Positions 60,069-64,000 of a stretch of DNA of 64,000 nt are shown here, piece by piece (within the stretch, counting starts at the first letter, position 1; each line of letters opens with the position of its first letter). The DNA is from the human T2T-CHM13v2.0 reference genome, Homo sapiens. A program made the position numbers and the translations under genes. Where the stretch lies: assembly GCF_009914755.1 (NCBI RefSeq), contig NC_060938.1; one strand, given 5' to 3'. A model generated the notes under the pieces. The model ran no database searches, was not told the origin of the DNA, and was given only the letters and a program-made list of their open reading frames with translations.

Positions 60069-63023
60069 CATTGACTAGTTTTCAAACTTATGTGTGACTC
60101 TTCATTTTTTCCATTACATTTCTGTGTGGCCCATGATTGATTTTTCCTCCTGCAAGCCAATGACCCGATAGGAAGATAGTCTTATTATTTTACCTTGAAG
60201 GAAGTATTAATTTTTAAATATACCTTGATTGATTCATAAGGTTCTAGATCAAGTAGAGAATTCTCAGGCATTCTGAAATTACGATTCCCCCAAATTCAGA
60301 AGTTATGGCTCTTTCCACTAAAACCTGAGAAATAGAAAAACTCATTTTCTTTGGATAACACATGTGAACATATAATTATCTCAGAGAAGCAGACAAACTC
60401 TTTGAAATATTCATTTGTTCATTCATTTACTCATTCATTCATTCATGTGAGTATTCAATAAACATCTGTGGAGTGTTGAGTAGGTGGTAGGCACTGGTGA
60501 AAACATTGGCTGTTAGAAGAATTTTATGGAGAAGATGCATTTTGGGAGAAAAATCAAAAAGTCAAATTGATAACAACACCTGTTTTATTTTAGTTGATTG
60601 CATGTGTTGTCAAAAAGAAAAATTGAAATGAATCTGCTTAAGGTGGGCTAAGTAGATTCATTTAAGAAGGGAGTTGAATGAAACCAGACGGTGAAACTGA
60701 GTTTTATTTTACTTTCTTCAGCCAAGAAAAGTCTAAAATGGCAGCAGCCCGAACTACTTGAACCCGACGACTCTTAACCTGACCCCCTCCCCACCCACTG
60801 AATTTCAAGGGGTTGGTGAACCCCTTGAATTATGTGCAAAATTATGTACGTTCATTTTCTGGGCTTCGTAGCGGGTATCAAGTTTTAAAATTGGTGACCT
60901 CCTATAAAGGGGATGGTGACATTCCATAAATCTGAGAACCACTGACTTCTATTCAAAGAACCCCCTTCATTTTAAGTAACCAAGGAAGTGACCCACAACC
61001 CACAGGATGCCTTAGAAACCAGTTCGATGAGCACTGTAAAGTTTTCTGTGTTATGAATTAGCTTACTAATTAGTTACTAGCAATTAATATTAGTTAATAT
61101 AATAGACTGCTTATGATTAATGATGTCAGGTATTACCAAGTGTTAATAATAATGAATAGTATTAATAATGACTAATTATGTAATTGATTAGTAACTGGAA
61201 AATCTTTAATGTGCCTTTCAGTGCTGCTTGGATATCAATGATAATTAAAAATTCCACAAAAAACAGTGACCATACAATAAATGATGAGGAATTACTGTTT
61301 GGCCAGAAGCTTCACCCCCAAGTAGAGACCTCACTGGGCTACAGGTAGCTCTCTGTGCATATCCACGTCTGGCCTATGGTAATTACCTGGAGGGTAATCA
61401 GTAAATATTGATTGGACAAATGAGAGAGCCTCATTGTGGCCCCTTTCCTTGCCCCTCTCGGGCGAGACCCTCTGGAGTTGAGATTGGAGCAAAATGCTGG
61501 ATAGCTTTTCTTGCCTGCATTCCAAGCCCAGAAAAGTGGAATTCAGGTGACTTAGATGGCATGGCTGGCCTCCGCCTGGGCCTGGGGGAATCACTTCTGT
61601 TTCCCGTTCACTTGCTCTGCATCTGCTCTGGTTGCTGCCAAGGGCCATCTGAGGGCACTGTGACGAGATTTGATGTCTGGAGGCTGCGGTGCCCAGGTGC
61701 CAGGGCTTGAGGCATACAGTCCAGGCCTCTCTGTTGCCCCCTCTCCCTTCTAGTCTTGCTTGATACAAACAAAACATAAACTAAATCAATTATCATAAGG
61801 TCACAGGTCTAGCCCATGAAAGACCAGACAAAACTCAAAAGAAATTAAACTACAGCCAAATGTAATTAAAAGAAGTTTTGGTAGAAATTGAGCATGATAA
61901 CACGGTGCGATGATTCTTTTTGGAATGGCGTCTGGTACATCACCCAGGACATAGGGCTTGAAAACAAAGCTGTAAATGCCTTGTAGTTAATAGTCTGGCT
62001 TTAGATTGATTTCTTTTGCCAACACAGCATTGGGCAAAATATCATAGAACAGGGCAAAAAGAAGCATGAGACAAGGCTTTTATCTGGGGCTCAGTAAGTC
62101 TTTCTGGAAAGATGGGAAGGGGATGGTCTTTTGGTACCAACAGGCCCACAGCTTGTTAGTTCTTATTGCCATCTGCTATAGCCAGGGTTAGAGATGGTTG
62201 TTCTCAGATAACTCGGACTGTCATTTATACTAAGAATTACTGGGTCAATCAGTCAATGTTCTCCCCAGGCCTGGCTTCGAATGCCAGCAGGAGAGCTTAT
62301 GGGAGGTCAGGGCCCTTCTGTTTCCCTCCCAGAATTCTGGAACACCTCCTATGTCCCTGGTATCACCCTTGCTCACCCACTACAGAGCCATCATCCAGGA
62401 ACTTGGGCACCCATCTCAAATCCAGGGCCCTGGTGGTGGGGCAGCCTTAGGATTGTGTCTCTGCTCATGGCAGGGGCTGTGGTATGCTGTGCACAGATCA
62501 CTGGGCTCTTCTTTAATTTCACATCATTAAACTGACCCCTGAATGCCAGATACATCTTCTAAAACCCCCTCTTAACATGTCATCACTCAAGAATCCACAG
62601 TGGAGTCAAATTGCCAAAAATCAAAGCTTTTCATCCAAGTGGTCAAATTCCTTCTCTCTGTCTCCTCTCGTCTTATCCAGCTTTGTTTTCTTATTCCAAT
62701 TTAGTTTTTTATTATGAAACATTTTAGACGTACAGAAAGTATAGAAAATAGTATTATAAATGTTCAAGCACCAAACATTCAACTTAAGAAATAAAGTAAT
62801 GACAGTTACATTTGCAGCACCCTCCCAGTGCTTTGTGAACAGACCAGAACAGATCGGGGAGCAGCCACAGCAGCAGTTGAGCTAAGTGTTTCAGAGCAAG
62901 GGCTGTAGAGTTGGCTGTGGAATTCCCAGGGGGAATTCTAGCTCGGTACTTCCTTGCTGGGCAGATTTTTTGAAAATCATATAACCCCTCAGAGCCTCAA
63001 ATTCCTCATCTATAAAATGGGAT

Positions 63024-63290
63024 AGCACTTTGGTAGGCTGAGGCAGGAGGACTGGTTGAGGACAGGAGCTTGAGACCAACCTGGGCAACACAGTGAGACT
63101 CTGTCTCTACAAAAAAATTAAAAAAATTAGCTGGGCATGGTGATGCATATCTGTAATCCCAGCCACTCAGGAGGCTGAGGTGGGAGGATCACTTGAGCCT
63201 TGGAGGTCAAGGTTGCAGTGAACTGTGATTGATCACGCCACTGCATTCCAGTCTGGGCTACAGAGTGACATCTTGTCTAAACAACAGAAA
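63024..63290 (+). mobile_element. AluJ inserted in MIR
   Basis: Alu body flanked by aaaaYgggat-like duplication. Confidence 0.85.
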
Positions 63291-63370
63291 AGGGATGATA
63301 AGATGTGTATCTGTGTGCCTCCCAGAGTTGTTGCAAGGATTAAGTTTAGTAGTAAGTAAAGTGCTTAGTT

Positions 63371-63836
63371 TACTATTCGCAGTAGCAAAGATGTGGAATC
63401 AACCCAAATGCCCATCAATGGGAGACTGGATAAAGAAAATGTGGTAGATATACACCATGGAATACTATGCAACCATAAAAAGGAATGAGATCATGTCCTT
63501 TGCAGGGTCATGGATGAAGCTGGGAGCCATTATCCTCAGCAAACTAATGCAGGAACAAAAAAACCCAAAGACCGCTTGTTCTCACTTATAAGTGGGAACT
63601 GAACAATGAGAACACATGGACACAGGGAGGGGAACAACACACCTGGGGCCTGTTGGGCGACGGTTGGGGGGTGGGGGAGAGCATTAGGAAAAAGAGCTAA
63701 TGCATGCCAGGCTTAATACCTAGGTGATGGGTTGACAGGTGCAGTAAACCACCATGACACACGTTTACCTATGAAACAAGCCTGCACATCCTACACACAT
63801 ATCCCAGAACTTAAAAAATAAAATAAAATAAAAAAT
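63371..63836 (+). mobile_element. 5'-truncated L1PA 3' end with poly(A) tail
   Basis: aacccaaatgcccatcaatg...ggaatactatgcaaccataaaaaggaatgag...atcccagaacttaaaa; TSD aagtgcttagtt. Confidence 0.92.
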
Positions 63837-64000
63837 AAGTGCTTAGTTAGTGCTGGGCACGAGGGGAACCCTCAGCAAGTGGTAGTCATGGTTACCGATG
63901 CTGGCTGTTGGGCTATCATCATCTTGGACTTGGTGCAGAGTACCAAGCTTATGGGAGAGCAGGAGCCTACTATGTTTCCCTCCTGGAATTCAGAGGAGGG

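Overview
Human (primate) genomic DNA lying entirely inside the ADCK1 gene (aarF/ABC1/UbiB-family atypical kinase), + strand. Only two coding exons are present: 24082-24285 (204 nt, VHLRSARR...DLGKE, with the UbiB KxGQ motif) and 52086-52244 (159 nt, IHDLFQSF...DILLME, with the A-rich loop and VAVK lysine). Both are phase 0/0 and lie about 27.8 kb apart. The rest is intron dense with interspersed repeats: about 40 Alu/FLAM copies, a long decayed antisense L1, MaLR/ERVL LTRs (MLT1, MLT2, MST, THE1, MER74-like), mariner MITEs MADE1 and MADE2, Tigger/hAT derivatives, MIR and L2, plus microsatellites. Nearly all ORFs in the supplied track are repeat-derived noise. I see no convincing novel gene system. 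The best leads are: a possible intronic-polyadenylation terminal extension of the first exon next to a MADE2 hairpin; inverted Alus around two stop-free symmetric exons; a candidate cryptic GC-AG exon inside an enhancer-like block; a strong CTCF site; a ~100-bp duplication-flanked insert in a FLAM tail; and several template-switch scars. Repeat family names are from recognition, not a database search, and repeat boundaries are approximate.
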